This document shows positions 11,849 to 24,533 of a stretch of DNA of 64,000 nt, in pieces. The stretch's first letter is position 1, and each line of letters begins with the position of its first letter. The position numbers and the translations under genes are program-made. The notes beneath the pieces are model-generated. The model was given only the letters and a program-made list of their open reading frames with translations, was not told the origin of the DNA and did not search any database. This DNA comes from Somniosus microcephalus (lineage: Eukaryota), in contig CM126223.1 in the NCBI GenBank assembly GCA_052327205.1, positions 68,138,001-68,202,000 on the forward strand, written 5' to 3'.

Positions 11849-12304
11849 TTATACATAATTTTTACATGCTGTCTCAGGGCGTGATATAACACAGAATTCA
11901 GGCTACATTGCAGATTACACGGTATTTGCAGATTGTTACAGGTTTTGAGTCTTGCCTTAGACACCACTGAACCCAAGAAGATATCTATTACTTCCATAAG
12001 CAATGTGAGCATCTTATTTTTATGCAATTTGTTTATTTTCATCGCTGCCCTGTACCAGCTTGTATGATGGAGATGTAACAACTGTAACTGCTTGTGAACG
12101 GAACTGGATATTCATGCCTTTCTTATGTATACTACTTTAATCTGTCCAATGGCAGACTGAGCAAACACTGAGACATGGCTTGATATGCTTGGACTGCCTT
12201 AATTCAATCAGTCCAACTTATCTTCAGAGAGCAAAATGGACGACAGAGAATCACTGCCCATTTTACACTCCACACATTTTCCTTTTCCCTTCAAAAAAGA
12301 AAAC

Positions 12305-12776
12305 AAGATAGGCTTGCATTTATACAGCGCCTTCTACAACCACAGGACATCCCAAAGCACTTTACAGCCAATGAAGTACTTTGGAAGTGTAGTCTCTGTT
12401 GTAATGTAGGTAGTCCGGCAGCCATTTTGCGCACAGCAAGCTCCCACAAACAGCAATGTGATAATGACCAGATAATCTGGTTTTTTTTTGTGATTTTGAT
12501 TGAGGGATAAATATTGGCCAGGACAGCAGGGATAACTCCCCTGCTCTTCTTTGAAATTGTACCGTGTGATCTTTTACGTCCACCTAAGAGAGTAGACAGG
12601 GCCTCGGTTTAACGTCTCATCTGACAGACAGTACATCTGACAAGTGCAGCGCTCCCTCAGTACTGCACTTGAGTGTCAGCCTGAATTTTTGTGTTCAAGT
12701 CTCTGGAGTGTAACTCGAACTCACAACCGCCTGACTCCGAAGCGAGAGTGCTACCCACTGAGCTACGGCTGACACT
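12305..12776 (-). mobile_element. SacSINE1-like Deu SINE, full length
   Basis: Co-linear with 1265-1714 including the tRNA-like head. Confidence 0.85.
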
Positions 12777-14324
12777 GAAGTCATTGGAAAGTAAAATCAG
12801 TCAGTGTATAAAACTGGCCATCAATTCGCTATCATCACTTTCCGCTACCACCCAAGACAGATTTCACCTCCAAAGTGTAAGGTGTTTTACAATTGACAAG
12901 ACATACTAAAAAATTGTTCAGTATTTACAGTCTATGGGGAAAGAATCTCAAAGCTAGCATTAGTATCTTAACCACCAATCATTCAAGAGGCTTTCTTTTT
13001 TTAACTTGCATGAATATGCTATGCTTTCCAACACAATATTTAAAAGTAACTCTTTTATTCCCCAAAATCTTTCTGTGGAAAACTGGTCAAAAGATCCCGA
13101 AACATGACACAGATTGAAGATCTTATACAGTTAGGCCATTCAGAGTTAAATTGTTTGAAAAGAATATTATTGGGGGAGAAAAAAATTCTACAAAATCCTT
13201 AGAACATTTATCTGGATTGACAGAATCATCGGAAATTATGGATGGGAACTCACTGAAGAGCTCTGCCATCACGATGTTCAGGCCGTAGTAGGGGAAAGAA
13301 CAGGCCAGATTCCAAGACAAGTTGTACAAACTGCATTTCTATCTTTCACGTAATGGTGAGAAATCGCAAAGTACATTTTCTGACATGCTAATGAGGAATT
13401 ATGAAGAAAACTCCCATACGGACCGAGGTTAATTCTGTAAACATTTTGGAAAGCAGACTTCATCTCTCGAGTTCCTACTCCTGGACAATATCTACTATAG
13501 AACCTTCAACGCCACTTGGACAGGATTGGAGACAACAACAGGTTCTTGGATTTTTGCACACATTGCAATCCAGGTGACCAGATTTGACACATGAATGCAC
13601 CTTTTTTCTCCTTGGCTAGACTGCCACTGGCCTGTTAACCGTGAGAATCTTCATCAACATTTAATCTCCAGATGACCATTTAGAAAAGGACTGTGAAATT
13701 CTGAAGACTGCCAAAAGTATATTGATGTCCATCTGTTCCAATGAATCTCCTAAAACAATAACTGTCAACCTTTTTGAGACATCCTTCTCCAAAAGAAACA
13801 GAAGTCGGAGGACAGGAGATCAAGTCGGTAGGGTATTTCCCTGCACCCCCCCCCCCCCCCACCCCACAGGATTAAGTTGTCTATTGTCTGCGATTCAAGC
13901 AACATTTCTTCTGCTTGTTCTTTCTAATGGATAAAGCAAAAATAGAAAGTAAAGAAGCATACAGTCACACTTAGAAGTGTAGATCAAAGTGTTAGCAACC
14001 AAACCAAGTTCAAGACCACAGTGTTAACAACCAAACCACACTCAGAAATCAAGATCAATGTGTTACTAACAGCAGGTCACAGTGTTAAAACTATACTTTA
14101 GAATTACAGGCTATAGTGCTAACAACCAAACAATGGCACTTGCTAGCTCCTTCTTTGAAAGTGTGTGATATGAGAGGTGGTCCTGACACCTCTGCGCCAT
14201 TAACATTCACCTCTGAGGAATGTGAGTTATGAATGACATTGAGCAACTATGAACTCTGAACATTCTGGTGCCTATAGCAGTGTAAGTACAGATTTTAAGT
14301 TAAGTATTAACCATAGTGTTTGAA

Positions 14325-14620
14325 ACGCGCTCTGATCCCTGCTCTTTTGCTTCACCATTGGTGGATACTTTTTCAATCATTATGCCCTCTACGTCTGAAA
14401 CTTCCTCGCGAGCTCTCTCCATTTTGTCACCTTAACCACTCGGTTTCAAAAACATTTTCAAAACTCTTCTCTTTGACTGTGCTATTGGCTCCCCTCTCAA
14501 CCTCTTCTGTTCTTCCTCTTTCTCTCCTCAGCATCCATCATTGTGTTCCCCTCAGTGTAAGGTGCTTTGAAATGTCTTTCTGTACATGAGGAGTGCTGTA
14601 GAAATGTAACTTCCTGTACT
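14325..14620 (+). mobile_element. Old L2 3' end
   Basis: Similar layout to 11100-11370. Tail tgtaaggtgctttgaaatgtc...gtgctgtagaaatgtaac. Confidence 0.55.
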
Positions 14621-16641
14621 AGTGCTTGAAGTACATGTTTAATGGCATGGACTTGGGAGGGGGATAAATTGAACAATTTAGCGCTGCTGTCGCTGAGCTT
14701 CACATATCGGGAAGTTTGGCACAGACGTCAGCACAATCAATTTGTGACCTGTACAATTTTGTTTCTATCCATTTCAATGGATGGAAAATCATGCAGGCCA
14801 CAAATTGGGCAAATAGACCCCAGCCAAATTCCCAATATGTGCTCCTGTCACATGAAGCTCTACACTGGGGGCACGAAATTGTGATATTTGCCCTTTGATT
14901 CTGTGACATATTCAGACGTACTCCTACTGGTGATAGATCATCCAACTATATTATCATTCTTAGGTCCAGCAACTGGCCTGAACAATATTGTGGATGTCCT
15001 TGGGTAATGGGAAGAATGTAGAGGTTTTCGACAGGTATGTTTTTTGCTTCACTGACACTCAAGAAATGTTTAATGTTCAAGTGGATTAAAACAAACAGGA
15101 ATGTTTTGCCGAGCTGTCTTAACACAATAGTCCCTTTCCTTTTTTGACCATGCCTCTCAAGTCTTTCAGGCTAACTATCTTGAACTATTTTGTTTTTATA
15201 AATTTATTCAATAGCTTTGGTTACAAGGCAGGATGAAAGAAACCCAGTGAATTTTTGAACTGTGAACATAAAGCTTAGCCAGCTAAAGGAACAACAAACT
15301 TCAAACATCCTGAATGAGTGCTTTATTCATCTCTGTACTTAGAGTTGTTCTCTGTGCTTTTTTTGCAAGCATAATTCTTTTGAAGCTTTTTTTTTGAACT
15401 GCACACTTTACAGATGGAATAGTCTCGTTATTATTTACTCCATGACATAGGAAGACAGTAAAATTGTTTCCCTCCTCGTGTGAGTACAGCGGGTCATTGA
15501 ACAAGTGTCCTGTGTTCTTAACATTTATTTGATCAGTGGGCCTCAATAGACTTGCAGTCTTCTTTTGAATGCAAAAGGCTCAGAAGCTAAGGTTTGTCTG
15601 GTAGGCTGTTTGAACTTCTGTCTGAAAATGCCCTTCCTGGGTTGCATTATTAGAAAACTATAATGCTGTTTCCTTTTTGATGTGCCTGATTAAAATGAAG
15701 CCGATAACATTGTCGAGAGACGGTAGCTGTGAATTTGGTCTGCATCCACAGAGAAAAATGTTTCTGTCAGAAACTTAGTGAGGTCCATAAGCAGCAATAG
15801 AACCCCCTCCGATGCCTAATCGGCATGATCATGGGGCGCGAGATGGGAAATTGGAAGGAAGGCAGGAGTTTCCTGGTATAACGTGCTGCAGGTTGGAATT
15901 CTAAGAGGCTGCTCAAGAAATGCAAGTAGGGTTTGGTTCTCGTGTAAACAAAGAGAATGGCGTTTGAAAGTACATTTATAAGATCAGTCTGGCAAACTGC
16001 AACTTATAACAGCAGTTTGTGCATCTGGCCTGGAGTCAGACAATGCTCTAGCCACGAGGGCTGCTGGGAGTCTAGGAGATAGCTTCCTTTGCTTATTGAG
16101 CTGTCTCTTTCAAACCTCTGGATCCCTAATTCATGGAACATCTGCTAAACAAGATAAATGTTGTGAGTAAAATTATTTTAAAATGTTCTTTAAAGCTATT
16201 CCTACTTCATAGCTTTGGCTAAAATTCTAGATACGTTTGTTAAATATTACTAGAACGTGTGAAAATGTCTAATTTAACACATATAAATTCACAAACTGTT
16301 CTGCAAACAGGCAGTAAACAAGGGCCTCTCAGTGAGCTCTGGAGGAGAAGCAATAGCCCACTGCAATGGTCCTTTCTTTTATGGGTCAGGATCCTATTCC
16401 ACTGGCTGAGCATATGGTAGCGCATTCTGAATGAGTGTGCGGGGACTGTTGTGACCCAACCACTGTGCTGCTTTACTATCTGACAGTCAACGTAATTCTA
16501 TGTCTACAGACCAAATAGACACTTTTATAGTTTAGATCACAGGAGAGCAACCTATGTTTACATTGCTATCCTGACAGCAGAATCATAGACCCATAAAAAT
16601 GTGCATCCTCGATTGTGCCATTGGGATCATTTAAACACTAG

Positions 16642-17472
16642 GAGCTGGATTTTGATTGAGGAGGCGTGTAGGAGGCGGGACTACAACTTTCGGGGTTGTA
16701 GTCCCGCCTCCATCGAGTTGTGGCCAACCCACTCGATTTTCACTTGATTGACCTTGTTGAGCCCGCCCAGCGGGCTCAGCAGGCCAATTAAGGGCCACCC
16801 GGCAACAGGTGACGTCACAGATTGACATTTCATCTGTCAAAAGCTTTTTGACAGATGAAATATCAGCGTTTGACAGCTGTTTGAAGCTGTCAAACACTGA
16901 CAATCTGTACTCCAAGTTAATTCCTTCCTCTCAGCCTGATTTAGAGATCTCTCCAGAACAGAAAGCTGAATGCTGCAACTTTTGACAGCTCGCGGCCATT
17001 CTGCTTTCTGTGCCGGTGAGATGAGGGACTCCCGAGACCTGAAGGAAGGAAGGCTGTAAAGGTAAGTAAATGTAAGTAAAACTTCTTTAAACACTTTACA
17101 CACACCAAACAAACTTACCTCTGCACTCATGCACCCATCACTCACCTGAACATCTTGAACCCTCCAAGCCCTTCAGCCCGACGGTCCACCTCGCTAACTT
17201 GGCGTGGTTTGGAGCCATTGGGAATCCACACTTCAGCAATAAAAATAGGTATTAGGCTAAAACCTGCCTGTTAACTACCTGTTAACAGGCAGTTAATTGG
17301 CCTTAATCCCCATCCCGCGTCGGGGAGGCGGGTCCCAGCACAGGTCGGGTATCCGCCTCCTTTGAAACTGGCATGGGGGCGGGATGGGTTCGTGCCCCCC
17401 CACCGATTTCGAGATTTTAACCCCCCCACACGCCTCCAATCCCGCCTCAACGGCCCAATGAAAATCCTGCCC
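16642..17472. mobile_element. Harbinger-type MITE
   Basis: TIRs GAGCTGGATTTTGATTG / GGGCAGGATTTTCATTG, TSD TAG on both sides. Confidence 0.8.
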
Positions 17473-18038
17473 TAGCTGTTGAGTTACGGACATGACTCTC
17501 TCCCGCAGCTTCTAAAATAGCTGCAATCCTAACCAACTGCATGTATGTATAATTCTCCTGCCCCTAAATTTAATTTCCTGTTGCCATGATTTTCGGTCAC
17601 GCTATTCATGTTAACATTTAACATTGAAAAGTGTCAATGCAATTGGTTAATGTGAGTTCCCTATGTAAACAGATCCCCGTGACATTATATTTGCAGGCTG
17701 CAGGCACGAGGTGGTGTTGTAACCCCATGTATCCTGTACCAGTATCTCCTGACACACCATGAACAAATCCAAGGGATATCTACTTATTCTTTTAAAATAT
17801 GTTAAAAACTAAAAACACTTAACTTCGTAACCTAAGAATATTTTTAGTTTTATTTATGATAGTAATACTGTCCCTTAAAGGGGCATCACCTTTTTTTATG
17901 TACTTTTTAAATTCTCACCAATGTTCCTTCCTCTGCTAAAGGGATTGACATCTTGCTGTGTTAAGATTCACAAGAACAGAATTAGTTAGGTGGAGATCTG
18001 ATAGAGGTGCTCAAACTTATGAGGGATTTGATAGAGTA

Positions 18039-18420
18039 CATAATAACATAAGAGCTAGGAGCTGGAGTCGGCCATAGGGCCTCTCGCGCCGGCTCCGCCA
18101 TTCAATAAGATCATGGCTGATCTTCTACCTCAACTCCACTTTCCCGCCCAATCCCCATATCCCTCGATTCCCCTAGAGTCCAAAAATCTATCTACCCCAG
18201 CCTTGAATATACTCAACGATTCAGCATTCACAGCCCTCTGGGGCGGAGAATTCCAAAGATTCACAACCCTCTGAGTGAAGAAATTCCTCCTCATCTCAGT
18301 CTTAAATGGCCGACCCCTTATCCTGAGACTGTGCCCCCTTAGTTCTAGACTCTCCAGCCAATGGAAACATCCTTTCAGCATCTACCCTAATCCCCTCAGA
18401 ATCTTATATTTTTCAATGAG
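18039..18420 (-). mobile_element. CR1 (HER1-type) 3' fragment inserted into an older plus-strand CR1 remnant (~17990-18460)
   Basis: ORF 18130..18381 has RGHSLRIRGRPFKTEMRRNFFTQRVVNLWNS. Flanks read GDLIEVLKLMR.FDRV|N..KLFPL on the plus strand. Confidence 0.8.
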
Positions 18421-18461
18421 TAAATTAGGAAGAAACTATTTCCACTTAATGATGAGTCAGT

Positions 18462-18935
18462 GGAGTAGATTTTGGTCTGGGCCCATTTTGGGCGACGATC
18501 AGGTGGCCTAGAGGCTGCCCACCTGCACTCAGGTAAGTCACATGGGGGTTGTGGTGGGGCGGGGGGGTTTGGCAGGGTCTTGCGGGTGGGAAGAGAAGTG
18601 CCTGCAGTAACAGAGGCCCAGACTTTCCTTGTGGGGCCCGCAGAAATACTCCTGCTCCTCCAGACGCCACAAAGGAAAGTTTAACACTTACCTTACAGGA
18701 TCTCTTCCTCCTGTGGATCGGGTTTCACTGAGCGGGGCAGCCGTGGCGGGCACCAGTTCAGTTGGCAGTTAAAATACCATTGGGGTCCTAAATACGCCAT
18801 AGGACCCCAATTTGCATAAATATATTCAGGCCCGATAAAACAGCAGCATTGAAATCACCGCCAGGTGGGAATGGAGCGGTGAACTGACCGTTCCATTTTA
18901 ACTCCTTGCCAGGCAGGGGGAGTTAAAATTCCCCC
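18462..18935. mobile_element. Harbinger-type MITE (degenerate)
   Basis: Ends GGAGTAGATTTT... and ...AAAATTCCCCC, GC-rich interior. No clear TSD. Confidence 0.6.
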
Positions 18936-19238
18936 TTATATACATCACAACAATTCTCCAGTGAGTACAGAGTGGTGAAAGTGTCTGAGTTTGAAGGTGC
19001 AGATGATTGTGGGTCCAGTATATATTTAATAACTTTGTTTGTAAAGGCATGCAGTGTAGACCTGGAGCAATCTTTGAGGTCTTCCTCAGTGTCGCACTGT
19101 GTGACCCAGCATTTATAACAGGGGACACCAAGCAATCAAAGTTACAACGGGTATACAAAAAGCGTTTCAGCCTACGTCTGTTTGCTGCACACAGATAGAA
19201 TTCTGCAAACTGGTAATTTTCCCGGTAGAAGAATGTGG

Positions 19239-19377
19239 GTCTTCGACCTGACGAAGGGTCTTCGACCTGAAGCGTTGACTCTGTTTCTCTCTCCACGGAT
19301 GTTGCCTGGCCTGCTGAGTTTTTCCAGCGTTTTCTGTTGTTATTTCGGATTTCCAGCATCCGCAGTATTTTGCTATC
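19239..19377 (+). mobile_element. Penelope-derived mini-insert with hammerhead-like motif
   Basis: 11-bp TSD GAAGAATGTGG (19228-19238, 19378-19388). Sequence matches the Penelope terminus at 21356-21460. Confidence 0.8.
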
Positions 19378-20031
19378 GAAGAATGTGGCAAACCTTGTTC
19401 AATCTAAGCTGCAGGATTTTACAAGTGCACAAATGCCCAGCTGGGAAGCTGTAGTAAACAAGTATAAGGTGGCTTTACTGTGAAATCATCTGCAACCGCA
19501 AGCTGCAGAGGGGGGGCGGCCCGCGCAGCATGTTGCTGAGCTGACCTATTGCGCCACCAAGTGGCAGGGTATGGTTCTCCCAAGCAGCTCCCACGTCGAG
19601 TTCCCAGTGCCCTTCAAATCCCGACAGAAGGCAGTCAAGTTGGTGATTTAATTTACCTCAGTGCGCGCACAAAATGATGCAGCTGAACACCTGGGAACAA
19701 GTAGACTTTCCATTCCTCAACAAGGAGATAGTCATAGGTGGGAGACGGAATGAAATAACCGACAAAAATGAGAGAGAGAGAAGTGAAATGGGAAAAGAAT
19801 CAATGAATACAGAGAGAGAATCAAGGCGCGCAAACGCCTTTGACAATTACATGGTACAACATCGTTTCAGGCTGCAGTAACGAGTTTCTGGAAACCAGCT
19901 GTTTTTTTTTGCTAGCAATAGTTCCCCAAACTGCTGCATTTTCCTTTCATAGATTACTTAAGTATTGGAACAGAAAACAGAAAAAGCTGAAACGCTTCTG
20001 TAGGGAAAACATGCAGCCAATGTTTTGGGCT

Positions 20032-20255
20032 CATAAGAACATAAGAAATAGGAGCAGGAGTCGGCCATTCGGCCCCTCGAGCCTGCTCCGCCATTCAACA
20101 AGATCACGGCTGATCCTCTATCTCACTTTCAACTCCACTTTCCCGCACTATCCCCCTATCCATTGGCTCCCTTAATATCCCAAAAATCTATCGATCTCTG
20201 TCTTGAGTAGACTAAACAACTGAGCCGCCACAGCCCTCACAGCCCTTTGAGTGAA
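20032..20255 (-). mobile_element. CR1 3' UTR fragment
   Basis: cataagaacataagaaataggagcaggagtcggccattcggcccctcgagcc tail. Confidence 0.8.
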
Positions 20256-20345
20256 TGCCCTACTTCAGAAGTGAAAACGGATTTAAAGTTGAAACATCAA
20301 CGGCCTGTTCTCCACAGGCACTGATTGACCAACTGAATGTTTCCA

Positions 20346-20568
20346 TAATAACAACAGGAAACGCTGGAAAAACTCAGCAGGCCAGGGCAGCATCGGTGGA
20401 GAGAGAAACAGAGTTAACGTTTCAGGTCGAAGACCTTTCGTCAGACCGTCATCGACCTGAAACGTTAATTCTGTTTCTCTCTCCACCGATGCTGCCTGGC
20501 CAGCTGAGTTTTTCCAGCGTTTCCTGCTGTTATTTCGGATTTCCAGCATCCGCGGTATTTTGCTATCG
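20346..20568. mobile_element. Palindromic Penelope-derived mini-insert
   Basis: ~95-bp arms in inverted orientation around gtcagaccgtc. ATGTTTCCA is repeated near both ends. Confidence 0.8.
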
Positions 20569-20801
20569 TGTATGTTTCCAGATTTGTCTGCTTTTGTTTC
20601 AGATTACCAGCATGCGCAGTATTTTGCGTTGCGTTTAAACTGGTTCCTTTCAGTATTTTTATACTTAATAAAAACTGCACCTGGTGGCAGGTTTGTGAAG
20701 ATCTGGCTGTACGTATAGGTCTAAATAATGCAACGGAATAGTCTGAACCAAAATAACCTAGCTGACTGGACTTGGGGCGTTTTACTACGTTAAAGGTGCT
20801 A

Positions 20802-21137
20802 CAGGAAACTCTCGATTTACCGGCACCCAAACAACCGGAAATCTCGGTTAACCGGCAAAATTCAGGAGTAGGTTCAGTGAAGTTTTTCTTCATATTAGTG
20901 GCCGTTTCTTGATTCTTGGCTGTGTAATCGGGGGTTCCTGCACTTGTTGCTAAGCAACAGGGACGCTTGGTCTGTGGCCGGAGTTCCTGCACATGTTGCT
21001 AAGCAACAGGGAAGCCTGGATTTGTTGCTGTGTACAGAGCTCTCGTACCTTTTAACTAGAGCTCTCTGTAATCGGGACTTTTTGATAAACCGGCACCACG
21101 CCGGTCCCGTCGGTGCCGGATAAAAAAGAGTTTCCTG
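20802..21137. mobile_element. Tc1/mariner (Tigger/pogo-like) MITE
   Basis: TIRs CAGGAAACTCTCGATTTACCGGCACC / CAGGAAACTCTTTTTTATCCGGCACC, TA on both sides. Confidence 0.85.
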
Positions 21138-21355
21138 TATATAAATACAAGTTGTTGTTGGATGACTTTACTATTCATTCTAAAAGCGACTTTATCTGCC
21201 ACCACATTACGCTGTTACAAATTTTAAAGGTTATTTTGCTCGCTGCATTATTTTTAGTGCATCTGCTCAATTTTTTGCATAAATTCCTGTCCATGCTATT
21301 TTAACACAAACATTAACCCATTTAGTTTAAATATATATTAAAAATATATAATATA

Positions 21356-21822
21356 AAATAAAAACAGAAAATGCTGGAAATAATCAGCAGGTCAGGCAGC
21401 ATCTGTGGAGAGAGAAACAGAGTTAACGTTTCAGGTCGATGACCCTTCGTCAGAACTGGAAAAAGCTGGAGATGGAACAGGTTTTTAAGCAAGTGTAGGG
21501 GCAGGGAGAGGGGGGGAGGAGAGGAAAGAACAAAAGGGAAGGTCTGTGATAGGACGGAAGGCAGGAGAGATTAAGAGACAAAAGGGATGATGGTGCAAGG
21601 CGAAAGGAGATGGTAATGGGACAAGTTAAGAAACAAAAGATGGCTCTAGATGAAGTGTAAATGGCGATGGCAGAATGAAAGACAGCTGCCAAGTGAGAGA
21701 GAGAAAAAAAGATAGGGGCCGAGGTTATGATCTGAAATTGTTGAACTCGATGTTGAGTCCGGAAGGCTGTAAAGTGCCTAATCGAAAGATGAGGTGCTGC
21801 TCCTCGAGCTTACGTTGAGCTT
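21356..21822 (-). mobile_element. Penelope-like element 3' end (end of the endonuclease ORF plus pseudo-LTR)
   Basis: Minus frame reads AQRKLEEQHLIFRLGTLQPSGLNIEFNNFRS*, the typical PLE GIY-YIG C-terminus, followed by a pyrimidine-rich UTR and terminal repeat. Confidence 0.85.
21421..21457 (-). ncRNA. Minimal type I hammerhead ribozyme-like motif
   Basis: AGUU-CUGACGA-A-GGGUC-AUC-GACCU-GAA-ACGU-U-AACU: core, stem II, palindromic ACGU stem III and AGUU/AACU stem I. One extra A follows the core; activity is untested. Confidence 0.6.
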
Positions 21823-22227
21823 AGTAACAGTTGATATCCTCATCATGCACCTTGTGTAGAATTTACTGCAATTTATTTACAATGAGTTTTTGTTATTCTT
21901 ATTTCTAAATGGCAGCATAAAGCTAAACCTAAAAGAAACAATTTACTAAAGATGTGATTCCGTGATCCCAAAGTACCACCTCCCCAGCCGTATAATGAGG
22001 ATTCTGTTTGAAGACTCGACACCAGCGGTATCTTGCTTTTATAGAGTACCTTTAACATTGAAAAAATATCCCAAGCCTCAGCAATCTGGTCCTCGAAGGC
22101 CAGGTAACTCAGTCCTATTTGTGCTTATATTTCTTATTCATTGGTTTTCCCCGTTTGAATTACATAAGCCTGGAGGTTAGGCGAAGGCCATTCTTAACAC
22201 CGTTGCCTCATTGGTGGATAGATCCTT

Positions 22228-22652
22228 AAAAAGAAAAGATAGACTTGTATTTCTATAGCGCCTTTCACGACCACCGAATGTCCCAAAGCGCTTTACAGCC
22301 AATTAAGTACTTTTTGAAGTGTAGTCATGTAGGAGACGCGGCAGCCAATATGCGCACAGCAAGCTCCCACAAACAGCAATGTGATAATGACCAGATAATT
22401 TGTTTTAGTGTTGTTGATTGAGGGCTAAATATTGGCCAGGACACTGGGGATAACTCCCTTGGTCTTCTTAGAAATAGTGCCATGGGATCTTTTATGTCCA
22501 CCTGAGAGGGCAATCGGGGCCTCGGTTTAACGTCTCATATGAAAGTCGGCACCTCCGACAGTGTGGCACTCCCTCAGCACTGCACTGGAGTGTCAGCCTA
22601 GATTTTTGTGCTCAAGTCTCTGGAGTGGAACTTAAACCCACAACCTTCCGAC
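22228..22652 (-). mobile_element. SacSINE1-like Deu SINE
   Basis: Co-linear with 1265-1714; head truncated. Confidence 0.85.
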
Positions 22653-22940
22653 CTAAATAAATCCTAAATCAAAACCTCAACCCCAAGATCTGTTGGTATC
22701 GGAAACATGAGGTATATGCAAGTTACAGGGAACATTTCTTTAAATGTGGCCCTCAAGGCTTCATGGTATGCGTCTATGCAACACATGAAGACTTTGGCCG
22801 TACCTTGCTGTCCAGTCCACCACTGTACGTGCCTGGGTTATAAACTGCCGTACATATGGTGGTATTAATTGTGTTTTCATCACAAATTTTACCATGCAAA
22901 TGCCCAAATCAAATGAAATGTGGTAAGGAATGCATATCAT

Positions 22941-23692
22941 GGCCGAGAAATTCAGTGGTGCCGCGCCCCATTTTCAGGAATTAAATGGGCGCCTAAGCTT
23001 CCAATATGGCGGGCAGGAAGCGAGTGATCATTATGAGCCTGAAGTGCGCCGCCCGTCATATTGGTATAGTCACAAAGATAAACGTCCCGGGCCCAGGGAA
23101 ACTAGGTTTACCTGCAGTCTAACCAGTGGACCTTAAAGGCACTACTGCAGGCTGCCAGCAAAAAGGTATTTCTTATTTTAAAAAATACTTACCTGAATGT
23201 GGAGCCAGGAGGTGCAGGAATGCTTAAACCCCCCCCGAGTTTCCCCTCCTCCCACCCCCTAGTTGCCCCTCCCCCTCACCAACCCCCCTAGTTGCCCCTC
23301 CCCCCCACCTACCCCCCTAGTTGCCCCTTCCCCTCACCTACCCCCCTAGTTGCCCAGCCCCCTAGTTGCCGCTTCCCCCACCCCTTCGCCCCTTCCCCCG
23401 CACCCCCAGTTGCCCCTTCCCCCGCACCCCCCAGTTGCCTCCCCCTCTCCCCTATCCCCCCTCTAGTTGCCCCTTCCCCCTCCCCTTCCTGGTCCACCCC
23501 TTATTGATCACCTGCCCTTCCCCTTTAAGCACTTTAAATGTCAAACCTCTTCACCGGTGAGCTGCCTGGGGACACCCAGCAGAATGTTCGCAGCTCACCG
23601 GTATCAGTTAAGTGAGGTCGCTGGCTCATATCAGGTGCACCTCGGGCCTACCCATTCCGGTGCAGGGAGTGGCGCAGACAAATTTCTAGGCC
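22941..23692. mobile_element. Harbinger-type MITE with internal C-rich minisatellite
   Basis: TIRs GGCCGAGAAATT / GGCCTAGAAATT, TSD CAT. Confidence 0.8.
23230..23500. repeat. C-rich minisatellite, unit ~CCCCCTAGTTGCCCCTTCCCC
   Basis: About 9 imperfect repeats of (c/t)agttgcc embedded in C runs. Confidence 0.85.
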
Positions 23693-24533
23693 CATGTGTT
23701 TAATGTCCTTTGTTTCCAGCAACCAAATAGGCGACAGCAAACAGTCTAACAGATGATATTGTTGCAGAGCTTCATGACACTATCTATCATATTTGTACAT
23801 GTGCCTTTCTGCACCATGGCTGGTGTCAAATAGAAATATCCCTGTCGGAGACAACAATCCTGGACAACTCCAGCAGCAATGCAGGATTCCCAACAATTAG
23901 CGGAGCGCCACACCTGGCCTGAAAATGTGTTGACTTGCAAGTTTCAAAGCTATTATTGTTTGGAAATACCAAATCTGGAGATTTTCCAATGTTTGGGGAG
24001 CTGGGATTAGAGGTATGTGATCCTTCCTTGTGAGCAATGTGCATGTGAACCTCACATAATTTTACATTGCTATTAGCTCTTTTTTGCATTTTTGTTCCTT
24101 TTCTCCATTTCTTTTATTGTTTGTTCCATCTAAGGGTATGTTGGTCTTGCAATGAGGAGAACGTGTTTTAAGCTCGGAGTCTCCTTTCGCAGGTATACAA
24201 TTGTGTTAGCAATGCATTGCTGATTGTTGCCATGGAGATCTCTGCAGGCTAAAGGTTTGGCAATCAGGGATAATGGGGAGCGGCGATGACACACTTGTGC
24301 TAATCAATACTGTATTCAATGCTTTCATTAATAACACCTATCATTAGTGCTGAGTACACTGTCATTATGCTCTACTGTATGTTGTTTCATTTTCAGGAGG
24401 CACGAGAATATGAGGTTTCAATTTAAAGATGGACGTTTTTCACAACAGAAAAGCCCTCTTGCCTTCTAGACAATTTCTCAGCACTTCTTGCCCTTCTGTC
24501 CCTCACGACTGTTTGAAATCAGCTTTGATTTCC

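Noticed and set aside
13123-13760. Coding-looking unique sequence with short ORFs on both strands
   Set aside because: All frames close within ~70 codons and no domain is recognisable.
13985-14135. CRISPR-like repeat-spacer appearance
   Set aside because: Repeats are degenerate, spacing is irregular, there are no cas genes and the context is vertebrate.
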